DNA of 64,000 bases. Origin: a virus. The position numbers and the translations under genes were made by a program. Location: the IMG/VR virus record IMGVR_UViG_3300037189_026210, positions 7,165 to 71,164 of that record. One strand, written 5' to 3'. Below, piece after piece: positions 46,643 to 55,576 of the stretch. The notes below the pieces were generated by a model. That model saw only the letters and a list, made by a program, of their open reading frames with translations, searched no databases and was not told the origin of the DNA. Numbering within the stretch: the stretch's first letter is position 1; every line of letters starts with the position of its first letter.

Positions 46643-49054
46643 ATGGAGATGGAAAAATATAATCTTGTTCCTAGAGTTAAAAAAGTTATTGAGTCGGCCA
46701 TAGAATTAGGTAATAAATATAAACATAAAAAAATAAATAATGCCCATATATTATGCGCCATACTAGAACATGCGTCTTTGCCAATTAAAGCTGTTTTTTC
46801 AAACTTTAAAATAAATAATGATGGTTTAAAAAAATCATTACTATTGGAACTTCCAGTAGCTGAACCTAATTTATTTTTAAGAGAAGATGATGAAGATTGG
46901 TGGAGTTCAGATATCGAACAAGCTCTAAAATCTTCTTTTAAATTATCAAAAAGTTTGGGCCATGAATTCATAGGTATTGAACATTTAACATACTCAATAC
47001 TTAAGAATGATAAAGTTTTAAATAAATTTTTATTATTTAAAGAGTTTCCATTAGATGAAATTGCAGAAGCAGTAATTAATCTTTTAGATCCAAATGAAAA
47101 ATCATCATCTGATAAAAAAAATGAAGAAAGTGAAAATTTAAATGAAGAGAAATTTGAAAAAAAATTCTGTACAAAATATTGCCATAATCTAAATGATTCA
47201 GTACTCAAATACGAATGTAAAATTGAAGGTAGGGACGAAGAGATTTCAAAACTAATAGAAATCTTATCTTGTAAAATTAAAAATAATGCTATATTAGTTG
47301 GCGAAGCTGGAGTTGGAAAAACTGCAATTGTAGAAAGATTAGCTCAAATAATTAATGCAAATGAGTGTCCAATTTTCTTTTCTGGCTATAAGATTTATTC
47401 TTTAGATCTTGGATTAATGGTAGCTGGTACAAAGTATAGGGGTCAATTTGAAGAACGATTCAAAGGTCTTATGGAAGAATTAAAAGAAGACAAACAATCA
47501 ATTTTATTTATCGACGAGATTCATTCTATAGTTGGGGCTGGATCTACAGAAGGATCGTTGGATTTAGCAAATATGATTAAACCCGCCTTAGCGAGAGGTG
47601 AAATCAAATGTATAGGCGCAACAACCCAAGCAGAATATAAAAAATATTTTGAAAAAGATTCCGCTTTAAATAGAAGGTTCCAAGTCATTAATATTGAAGA
47701 GCCTAATAAAAAACAAACTTTTGAAATTCTAAAAAAGGCTAAAGACTCTTATGAAACATTTCATGGAGTTACTTATGACGATTTAATTATTGATAAAATT
47801 ATTACTTTATCTGAAAAATATATGCCTTATAGAAAATTTCCAGATAAAGCTTTTGATATTTTGGATAGGATAGGAGCAAAAGGAAAAATTCAAAAATTTG
47901 AAGTTCCCCAAAATTTAAAAAACAAAGAAAGTGAAATAATTGATTCAATGGAAAAGTTTGATCTTTCTTTGCAAGAGAATAAAGATAAATGCGAAAAAAT
48001 GCTTAGAAGTTTCTTAACTAAAAGGAATGCTTGGATAAAAAAAACAGCAAATTCAGTTTTTACAATTAATGAACAGCATATTTTAGAAATATTCTCTAAG
48101 ATTAGTGGGCTAAATGTAGATAAAATAAAAACAGAATGTACGGATAATTTCTTATCGTTAAAAGAAGAAATTGAATCAAAAATATTTGATCAGTCGCAAG
48201 TAATAAATAAAATTTATGAAGTTCTTTTGTGCGCAAAAGCGGGAATAAAAAAAACAAAAAAAACAATAGCTAATTTTTTATTTATTGGTTCGACGGGAGT
48301 CGGTAAAACGTATACAGCTAAAGTTATAGCTGAAAAATTCTACAATAAACCAAACTCATTTCTCCAAATAGATATGGCAGAATATGTTGACAAGAATTCA
48401 ATATCTAAATTAATTGGAGCAACAGCAGGATACGTTGGATATGAAGAAGGTGGTCTTTTATCCGAGTTTGTTCGCAATAATCCATTTTCTTTAATTCTTT
48501 TTGATGAGGTTGAAAAAGCTCATCCAGATATAGTTAATATTTTATTAAAAATCATGGACGAAGGATCAATTGTGGACAACTTTAGCCGTAAGATTGATTT
48601 TTCTAACACTATAATTGTGTTAACTGGAAATATTGGTGCAGAAACTGAAACGACGCGCTCAATGGGCTTTGTGAATCTACAGTCAGCCGAAAATAGAAAC
48701 AATGATTACGAAAAAGCAGTAAAGAAACAATTTAAACCAGAATTAATATCAAGACTCGATGAAATTTTAGTATTCAATAGTAAATTTTCAAAAGAAGGTT
48801 TATTTAAAATGATTTCAGAAACAATTTCCGAAATTCAAGACTCCCTAAAGAATAAAGATATAAAATTAGAAACTTCAAATGAAATTAAAAATTATTTATA
48901 TTCTTTGATTGAAAAAGAAGGTAATAATGCAAGATCAGTACAAAAAATATTAAAAAATAATTTTGAATTGCCGCTATGCAAATTTTTAGTTTCGAATCAA
49001 AATTTAAATAAAATTTCTCTAAAATTAGTTGACAATGATATCTGCTTCATGTAG
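46643..49054 (+). CDS. ClpA/B/C-family AAA+ ATPase
   Basis: Clp N-repeats, GEAGVGKT, AGTKYRGQFEER, FIDEIH, GSTGVGKT, GYVGYEEGG, FDEVEKAHP; start may be ATG 46649 (9 nt after GTGTAA at 46634). Confidence 0.95.
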   Translation: MEMEKYNLVPRVKKVIESAIELGNKYKHKKINNAHILCAILEHASLPIKAVFSNFKINNDGLKKSLLLELPVAEPNLFLREDDEDWWSSDIEQALKSSFKLSKSLGHEFIGIEHLTYSILKNDKVLNKFLLFKEFPLDEIAEAVINLLDPNEKSSSDKKNEESENLNEEKFEKKFCTKYCHNLNDSVLKYECKIEGRDEEISKLIEILSCKIKNNAILVGEAGVGKTAIVERLAQIINANECPIFFSGYKIYSLDLGLMVAGTKYRGQFEERFKGLMEELKEDKQSILFIDEIHSIVGAGSTEGSLDLANMIKPALARGEIKCIGATTQAEYKKYFEKDSALNRRFQVINIEEPNKKQTFEILKKAKDSYETFHGVTYDDLIIDKIITLSEKYMPYRKFPDKAFDILDRIGAKGKIQKFEVPQNLKNKESEIIDSMEKFDLSLQENKDKCEKMLRSFLTKRNAWIKKTANSVFTINEQHILEIFSKISGLNVDKIKTECTDNFLSLKEEIESKIFDQSQVINKIYEVLLCAKAGIKKTKKTIANFLFIGSTGVGKTYTAKVIAEKFYNKPNSFLQIDMAEYVDKNSISKLIGATAGYVGYEEGGLLSEFVRNNPFSLILFDEVEKAHPDIVNILLKIMDEGSIVDNFSRKIDFSNTIIVLTGNIGAETETTRSMGFVNLQSAENRNNDYEKAVKKQFKPELISRLDEILVFNSKFSKEGLFKMISETISEIQDSLKNKDIKLETSNEIKNYLYSLIEKEGNNARSVQKILKNNFELPLCKFLVSNQNLNKISLKLVDNDICFM

Positions 49055-49057
49055 TAT
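49029..49057 (+). promoter_or_regulatory. sigma70-like promoter
   Basis: TTGACA-17 nt-TAGTAT upstream of the small gene. Confidence 0.6.
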
Positions 49058-49066
49058 CTTGTGTAT

Positions 49067-49285
49067 ATGAGAACCAGAAATACTACAACTAGCAAAAGAA
49101 CGACAGCTCTATTTGACCGTATTGCAAATACTGCGGGTCGTTTTTTTGGAGTAACCCTGCAGAATGGTGAACGCATTAATGCCCAATATCGCAGCCAATC
49201 GGAGCGATATTTGGTAGTTTATGATCGTAATCAAGCTCGCAACCGTCGCCTCCTAAAAACCAATGTTAGTGCAGCCACTGTCTAA
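49067..49285 (+). CDS. small basic hypothetical protein
   Basis: MRTRNTTTSKRT...GRFFGVTLQNGERINAQY; has its own promoter and terminator. Confidence 0.7.
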   Translation: MRTRNTTTSKRTTALFDRIANTAGRFFGVTLQNGERINAQYRSQSERYLVVYDRNQARNRRLLKTNVSAATV

Positions 49286-49305
49286 TAATTAAATTAGGTT
49301 AATTT

Positions 49306-49337
49306 AAACCCCGTCAAGTTTACTTGACGGGGTTTTT
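49306..49337 (+). terminator. intrinsic terminator
   Basis: AAACCCCGTCAAGT-TT-ACTTGACGGGGTTT followed by T tract. Confidence 0.88.
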
Positions 49338-49358
49338 ATTTATAATGTAATATATAGA

Positions 49359-50444
49359 ATGAATATTACTACAGCTTTCAACAATAGATGTTTTTTAATA
49401 CCAAGAGCTGATTTTTCAAGTTCTTCTCACGAGGAATTGATTAAATTAATATTTCAAAAACATGGTGAATCAAAAATAGATAAAATTAAAATTATTGATG
49501 AAAATGACGATTATGATTCTTTTCTAGTAGAGATAGGAGACAAAGGATTTTGTTTAAAAATTTCATTTGATCAAGTTCCAATCTTCTATGAATTCATGGT
49601 CTTGAAAGGTATAGAACATTTAAATATCGCTCCAACAGCGATAGATAGAAATGAAATAGATTTTGGAAAAACTGTTTATTACACAATTCAAACTTTTGAA
49701 TATTCAGAAAATTTAATGAGTATTGGTGGTTCAAATATTCTGGAAAAAAAATATATAGATTTTAATAAAGCTTTATCTAAAATGCATTCTTATACTCCGC
49801 CAGAATTTGCAATTCCACATTTAGATGATACATTATCTTTTTTAGAATATCAAAATGTAAATTTTGATAAAATAATTTCTTATGTAGATAATGGGGAAGA
49901 AGAGATTTATGAATTTATAAAAAATGTATATAAAGAAACTTATGAAGAAATGATGCATATTCACGAATCCCTAAAAAATAAATTAACTTTAAAAAAACTA
50001 GTGCATGGGAATTTAGATACAAGTACTGTCATAACAAATTCTTTTAAATTTAAATTTATTAATTTTGAAAATTGTTTTGTTGGAAATCCTTTTTTCGATT
50101 TAAGTAATTTAGTTTTTGAATTACAAATGGATGGATTGAATGAATTTGATTTTGTAACAAAAAAAATGGAAGATTCTGGTCTAGTAAAAAATAGACTGAA
50201 AGCTTCAAGCTATATAAATGAATATAAAATATGCAAGCAAATATGGACCAGAAAAAGATTTTTAGATATCTTAAAGGAATATACAAAAGAAATTATTGTT
50301 CTAAATGGATCTAGAATTGGAAAAATGAGCAAATTAGCGCATGAATTTTCAAATCATTTTTATCGATTTGATGAAATTGATTGCTTTAATAGAAATAAAG
50401 ATGTTTTTGTTAAAAAGTTTTCAGATTTAATTTTGAACGAATAA
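49359..50444 (+). CDS. APH/choline kinase-like fold protein, catalytically degenerate
   Basis: FCLKI, ALSKMHS, LVHGNL, FINFE, GNPFFDL; the canonical HGD and DFE aspartates are Asn. Confidence 0.7.
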   Translation: MNITTAFNNRCFLIPRADFSSSSHEELIKLIFQKHGESKIDKIKIIDENDDYDSFLVEIGDKGFCLKISFDQVPIFYEFMVLKGIEHLNIAPTAIDRNEIDFGKTVYYTIQTFEYSENLMSIGGSNILEKKYIDFNKALSKMHSYTPPEFAIPHLDDTLSFLEYQNVNFDKIISYVDNGEEEIYEFIKNVYKETYEEMMHIHESLKNKLTLKKLVHGNLDTSTVITNSFKFKFINFENCFVGNPFFDLSNLVFELQMDGLNEFDFVTKKMEDSGLVKNRLKASSYINEYKICKQIWTRKRFLDILKEYTKEIIVLNGSRIGKMSKLAHEFSNHFYRFDEIDCFNRNKDVFVKKFSDLILNE

Positions 50445-50864
50445 AAATATTTCGGCAAGTATCAATGGGTAATATTCTAGTAATATCTTCCAATCTAATG
50501 GGAACGATATTTCAGTTATATTTCTTAATAAATTTTTATAATTTATTATTTTATTTTTTAATTCTTCATTATTCAACTCTAGAGCCTTGACAAAAGCTAT
50601 ATCTAGTTTTTCAAATAAAAATTCTCTGATAGTTCTTAACTCTTCCTTTTTTAATTCTATAGCGATATTTATATTAATATCTGGAGATTTTTTATCATTA
50701 TTCCAAAAGAAAGCTGGGTAAAATTGCATTGGCAATTGATTTTCTGTTTTTACATATTTATAAGCTTTTGGATTTACCTTTTGCACAAAAGCAATGCATT
50801 CATCTATAGAATTAAACTGATTTATCGTTAAACCATAATTTGTATTTGTGTATAAAGTATACAT
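50427..50864 (-). CDS. putative tail fibre assembly-like protein
   Basis: LRTIREFLFEKLDIAFVKALE...KNLLRNIT helical hairpin, directly downstream of fibre gene. Confidence 0.55.
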   Translation of the reverse strand: MYTLYTNTNYGLTINQFNSIDECIAFVQKVNPKAYKYVKTENQLPMQFYPAFFWNNDKKSPDININIAIELKKEELRTIREFLFEKLDIAFVKALELNNEELKNKIINYKNLLRNITEISFPLDWKILLEYYPLILAEIFLFVQN

Positions 50865-50866
50865 AA

Positions 50867-53014
50867 TTAATAGCTAAAAATTGTAAAAGTCCCTGTTCCA
50901 TTTAAAGAGTTATTACCTATAGAGTAATAATCTCTACGAGATACTGTAGTGCAGGCTGGAAGTAAATTAAATATTATTTCTCCATAGCTATTGCCGTAAG
51001 TTATTTTTTCAAAGTTTCCAGTAATATAATTCCCAACTGAAGAAACATTTTTGCCAGCACAATTAACTAAAGTGGAAAACAATGGAACTTGCACAGAACA
51101 ACCGTAAGATCCTAATGGACCCCAAGAAGCAGCTAACCCACTAGTTCCATTTGCGAATCCAGTTGAAATTATACCACTTTGTAAATCTGCAATATTTCCA
51201 CTACTTCCAGAATAATAACCAAATCCAGTTCTTAAATATCCAGACATTTCACTGAGTGAACTGTAGCCAGTTCGAACTCCACCAAAAGCGTCAAAACATC
51301 CTACGGGATGAAATTGTAAATCAAAAGTAAATGGAGCTTTTACAGTTTCATTTAAAGCTAAACCATACAAAACATATGGATTATTCCATTGACCAGTTAA
51401 TCCAGCTCCAGTTGGAAGATATCTCAAAGGGGTAGTTCCAGATGCCGCAATACCAGTTATTGGTAAAGTTACTCTGCAAACATTATATCCAGTCAATAAA
51501 GTAGGAATACCACTTTTTAAAGAAAACACGCCCCAAGCTTTTGCTACGTTTGCAGCTTTAATATATCCAGCGCAATTTGTTCCAATATGTAATCCAGAAG
51601 CCCCAAGGCATGTGATTGCAGTTCCCCTCTGACAAACTGTTTGAAATACGCCCAAGTCCCCAGATACATAAGTAGCTCCAACAATACATTGTCCACAGGT
51701 TAAAGAGCTTGCATAAATATTTGGAGCGCATAGAAAGGAGTTTGGTGTTACTAAACATGTGCATCCATTAAATGAATTTAAAGAAGTCGCTGTTCCAGTA
51801 GTGCAAATATTATTAAATATACCACTACCAGTCGTACTCATATTGCCACTCCAGCAAACATTTCCTTGAAATGATTGACTAAATCCATCTCCAGCAGCTC
51901 TGGAAACAAAAGTATCGCCAACAATTACATGATTTAAAATTTGACCTGCAAATCGACAAACTTGCATACATCCATACATTTCAAATTTACCAGATAACTC
52001 AATATTTCCTCCAGATACGCGCAAACTAACTCCAGTAGCTTTAGAAAAGCAAGTATCACACAAACGAGAAGATCCAGTATTTACTATTCCATTAAAAAAA
52101 CAAGTCAATCCAGAAATTACATTGCAATCAGCTGATGACCCAGTAACTCTCAATGATCTAAAACATTGAGATGGTTGAGTATAAATAATATTTTTTGCTA
52201 AAAAGATGTCGCAAAAATATCCAGTTGCTCCAGATATGCAATTTTTTGTAGTTAAACAATTATTATAAACATCAATTCCAGAACAAAAATAAGCACACTT
52301 TCTAAAAACAGACATTGAATCTACGTCAAAACCAGTTGAAAGAGCACCCTTAGAAATTATACATCCAGTTCCGCTAATAGTATTTATGCATTGCAAAAAA
52401 GTATTTCCATAATTAGTGAATGAATAATTCGATAAGGGAAATCCACTTAAAGCGACACTATTGCCACTAATGCAAACTGAATCTCTTAATCTACTATTTA
52501 AAATTAAATCTCCACTTCCAGAAATATTTACCTTTGTAGATTGTTGACAAATTAAAAAAATTAAATTATCTTCAGTTTCAGAATTAAAAAATCTTAATGA
52601 ATGAGTTGGCGCTGGATTAGTATCTTTTAAAAAAAGAGTTGGTTCAGCGCCATATACTTGTAAACCTTTAAAATTTGTGTTTATTCCACTGCCAAGTGAA
52701 AAAGTTCCATCATTAGAAAAACTATAAACTGATCCATTTCCAGATAAATTTAAACATCTAGCGCTTGGAATATTTAAAAAAACGTCAGCACAAGTTTCTT
52801 TAAAATCTATTTTATTTTTAAAACTCAGCAATGCACAGTTAGCTACACATAAGCCAACATCTCGATTACCATCTTGTATTAAAAATCCAGAAAGAGGCTC
52901 AATTGACTGACACTCCCTTAAAGGTCCAATTAAACCTCCAGTTAAATTAGCAAACGTGCATCTGATTGACAAATCTATTTGTCCAGAATTGTTACTTAAA
53001 AATAATTCAGCCAT
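50867..53014 (-). CDS. Cys-rich, SG/TG-rich tail fibre-like protein
   Basis: 715 aa, repetitive short beta strands, C-terminal AKAWGVF head-domain motif. Confidence 0.65.
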   Translation of the reverse strand: MAELFLSNNSGQIDLSIRCTFANLTGGLIGPLRECQSIEPLSGFLIQDGNRDVGLCVANCALLSFKNKIDFKETCADVFLNIPSARCLNLSGNGSVYSFSNDGTFSLGSGINTNFKGLQVYGAEPTLFLKDTNPAPTHSLRFFNSETEDNLIFLICQQSTKVNISGSGDLILNSRLRDSVCISGNSVALSGFPLSNYSFTNYGNTFLQCINTISGTGCIISKGALSTGFDVDSMSVFRKCAYFCSGIDVYNNCLTTKNCISGATGYFCDIFLAKNIIYTQPSQCFRSLRVTGSSADCNVISGLTCFFNGIVNTGSSRLCDTCFSKATGVSLRVSGGNIELSGKFEMYGCMQVCRFAGQILNHVIVGDTFVSRAAGDGFSQSFQGNVCWSGNMSTTGSGIFNNICTTGTATSLNSFNGCTCLVTPNSFLCAPNIYASSLTCGQCIVGATYVSGDLGVFQTVCQRGTAITCLGASGLHIGTNCAGYIKAANVAKAWGVFSLKSGIPTLLTGYNVCRVTLPITGIAASGTTPLRYLPTGAGLTGQWNNPYVLYGLALNETVKAPFTFDLQFHPVGCFDAFGGVRTGYSSLSEMSGYLRTGFGYYSGSSGNIADLQSGIISTGFANGTSGLAASWGPLGSYGCSVQVPLFSTLVNCAGKNVSSVGNYITGNFEKITYGNSYGEIIFNLLPACTTVSRRDYYSIGNNSLNGTGTFTIFSY

Positions 53015-53186
53015 TATTATCCTTATCCTTCCAGTTTTTCATTAAATGCGCTATCTTAAGAACGGTGTATAAAAAAGCAGCAGTTAAACCCGCCAACCTT
53101 AATCCATTTTCCAAAGAGGTAAAAGATGCCCCTAGAGCTACTATATTAGCCCCTATTACTTTTACACTATCTGGTATATTATCCAT
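53007..53186 (-). CDS. small membrane protein, putative holin
   Basis: 59 aa MDNIPDSVKVIGANIVALGASFTSLENGLRLAGLTAAFLYTVLKIAHLMKNWKDKDNNG; two hydrophobic segments and charged C-tail; overlaps next start; not in ORF track. Confidence 0.6.
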   Translation of the reverse strand: MDNIPDSVKVIGANIVALGASFTSLENGLRLAGLTAAFLYTVLKIAHLMKNWKDKDNNG

Positions 53187-53194
53187 GTTTATTT

Positions 53195-53200
53195 TTACAC
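53195..53200 (-). promoter_or_regulatory. GTGTAA motif 8 nt upstream of ATG 53186
   Basis: minus strand GTGTAA-AAATAAAC-ATG. Confidence 0.55.
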
Positions 53201-53221
53201 ATTATAATTTATTATTCATAA

Positions 53222-54097
53222 ATGAAGAACATTATTTTTCAAGTAAATGGTGGAATTGGTAAATCTATTATTGCTACAGCGGTATGTAGGGCTATTAAGA
53301 AAGCCTATCCAGATTATCGATTAATTGTACTTTCTGGATTTCCAGAAGTTTTTATTAATAATCCAAATATTTATAGATTTTATAGATTGGGTGCTGCGCC
53401 ATATTTTTATGAAGATTTTGTCAAAGGTGGGGATACAATTTTTATGGTAGACGAGCCATATCTTTCTAAAGGTTACTTATCAAAAAATAAGCATTTATCT
53501 GAAGCTTGGTGTGAGATTTTAAATATAAAATACGATGGTCCAAAACCAGATATTTTTTTAAATCCATTAGAAATTAATAAAACTCGCTTCCAATCTCCAG
53601 ATGGAAGGCCGTTAATGATTTTTCAGCCTTTTGGAGGTGGCTCGAAAGAAGTTCAATATAGTTGGAATAGGGACATTCCTCCACATCAAGCTCAAGCTAT
53701 TGTAAATGTCCTATCTCAAAAATATTACATAATGCAATTTTGTAGAGAGGATCAAATTAAATTGCAAAACGTGCAACATATTCATGCGCCATTTAGAGAT
53801 ATGTTTGGATTAATTTACTCTAGTCAAGCTAGATTAGGGATAGATAGCTTCATGCAACATGCCGCTGCAGCTTTTGACAAAAAAACAACTGTTGCTTGGG
53901 TAACAAACACTCCAATTGTTTTTGGTTATAAAAATCATAAAAATATCAATCCAGATCCAAAATTAAAACCGCTATCAAGTCAAGCTGTTGTGGAAGGTTA
54001 TGTTGAAGAATATGATTTTTCTGGACACAGAATGCATGATTATCCATATCCAAGCCCAGATGTTTTTGATTTAAATGAAATAATTAAATCTTTTTAA
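53222..54097 (+). CDS. glycosyltransferase family 9-like
   Basis: GGIGKSIIATAVCRAIKKAYP, FINNPNI, LGIDSFMQHAAAAF. Confidence 0.75.
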   Translation: MKNIIFQVNGGIGKSIIATAVCRAIKKAYPDYRLIVLSGFPEVFINNPNIYRFYRLGAAPYFYEDFVKGGDTIFMVDEPYLSKGYLSKNKHLSEAWCEILNIKYDGPKPDIFLNPLEINKTRFQSPDGRPLMIFQPFGGGSKEVQYSWNRDIPPHQAQAIVNVLSQKYYIMQFCREDQIKLQNVQHIHAPFRDMFGLIYSSQARLGIDSFMQHAAAAFDKKTTVAWVTNTPIVFGYKNHKNINPDPKLKPLSSQAVVEGYVEEYDFSGHRMHDYPYPSPDVFDLNEIIKSF

Positions 54098-54098
54098 A

Positions 54099-54710
54099 TT
54101 ATTTAATATAATTAAATCTATCAAATACATATTTTTCATTTTGATATATAATATCTTTAGAAGCCTCGGATATTTCTCTAGAATAAGTTTGTTTATTTGA
54201 CCATCTTATAAGATACTCATCAGTTAGGCGACTTGCAATTAAATCTTGAAATCTACTTTCTTCAAATACTTCACCAGCGTTTACAAGAGCTGCATGTAGA
54301 TCTTCGAAGATATTTTCAATTTTACCAATAAAATGCATCTTTATATCTGACGCATATATTGGATCTTCGCCTATATATCTTTTTATTAATTTTGTGTATA
54401 AGCCCATCCAAAATGGACCGTAATCTTGAATCCATGTATCAAAATCGGGGCATTGTCGTTCCATTTCATCAAATCTATTACCTTTAGACCAGTGATAAAA
54501 TGAAGGCCACCATGTATATGGATGCCTAACAAATGTAAAATTATAAGTATTTGCACTTTTAGTCATTTGATGCAAAAATAAATGGCCATACTGCGGTTCC
54601 GTGTATCGATATTTTAGCAAATTAAGTTTATTTATAAATGCTTGTAAAAATGTACCAGCGCATTTCGGTATATGTATTACGCTAGATTTTGGTAGTAATA
54701 AATTGCTCAT
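54099..54710 (-). CDS. sulfotransferase family protein
   Basis: IHIPKCAGT (5'-PSB) and FTFVRHPYTWWPSFY (3'-PB) motifs. Confidence 0.8.
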   Translation of the reverse strand: MSNLLLPKSSVIHIPKCAGTFLQAFINKLNLLKYRYTEPQYGHLFLHQMTKSANTYNFTFVRHPYTWWPSFYHWSKGNRFDEMERQCPDFDTWIQDYGPFWMGLYTKLIKRYIGEDPIYASDIKMHFIGKIENIFEDLHAALVNAGEVFEESRFQDLIASRLTDEYLIRWSNKQTYSREISEASKDIIYQNEKYVFDRFNYIK

Positions 54711-55576
54711 AAAAATTGATTTAATTTTTTTAAATCCTCTAATAAAGGCTTTGTCCAGTTTAAATATTCAGGAAAGTTCTTAATATTATCATAATCTGCT
54801 AATTTAAAAGGAGCAATTGTTTTATTATATAATTCTTTAGTATATTTTTGCTCTTCATTAAAATTGCATAAACCTGTAAATAATGTAATGTTTGCAGCAT
54901 GTCTTACATAAACAGACATTATATTATCAAATAAATTTTCTTTAATGTTTAATTGAGAAAGAGGTTCTTCCCTTATAAGACCTCTAATCAATGAATGTCT
55001 TTGTAATAATTGCTGCAATGTATTAATTGCATTAATATTTATTAAATGTTTAATTACATATGCAGGAATGCATTGACAATTTGACAGCAACCCCCTTGAT
55101 AGTTGAACCTCTTCTGGGGTTAGGTTACTAAATGGAAGTTCTTTATTTTTAATATGTTCAAATATAGTAATACGCTGTTTGTGACTGAATTGAGCTGTAT
55201 TCCAGCAATTCAAACATCCTTCTTTAAATTTTAAATTTTTTATATCAGGAGAAAACCAATCATCATCATCTATAGGTATAATCCAATCATCATCATTTAA
55301 TTCGTTAAGCTGATTTATTGTGTTTTTTTGCAAAACACTAAAAGTTTTTTGTTCAGGAGATGTCGGTTTATTATAAATTATTCTATTAGAAATAGCAGAA
55401 AGAGATTTGAGCTGAATATTATGTAATTCTTTTCTATAATCTTCAACAGATATATTTGAATATTTTTTAAATGCTTGCGTTAATTTTAATACGTCTGGTT
55501 TATTTGTTATTTCATTTCCAGGCATAATGCTTTCATGAAATAATGCTCTTACATAAAATACTATTTTATTGTTCAT
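54707..55576 (-). CDS. hypothetical protein, possible GT-A glycosyltransferase
   Basis: WIIPIDDDDWF DxD-type motif; lies among glycosyltransferases. Confidence 0.45.
   Translation of the reverse strand: MNNKIVFYVRALFHESIMPGNEITNKPDVLKLTQAFKKYSNISVEDYRKELHNIQLKSLSAISNRIIYNKPTSPEQKTFSVLQKNTINQLNELNDDDWIIPIDDDDWFSPDIKNLKFKEGCLNCWNTAQFSHKQRITIFEHIKNKELPFSNLTPEEVQLSRGLLSNCQCIPAYVIKHLININAINTLQQLLQRHSLIRGLIREEPLSQLNIKENLFDNIMSVYVRHAANITLFTGLCNFNEEQKYTKELYNKTIAPFKLADYDNIKNFPEYLNWTKPLLEDLKKLNQFL

Noticed and set aside
46588-47208. 206-aa antisense ORF and other short opposite-strand or alternate-frame ORFs in the track (e.g. 11952..12419, 37357..37740, 52966..53262)
   Set aside because: They overlap well-supported genes and show shadow-frame composition with no motifs
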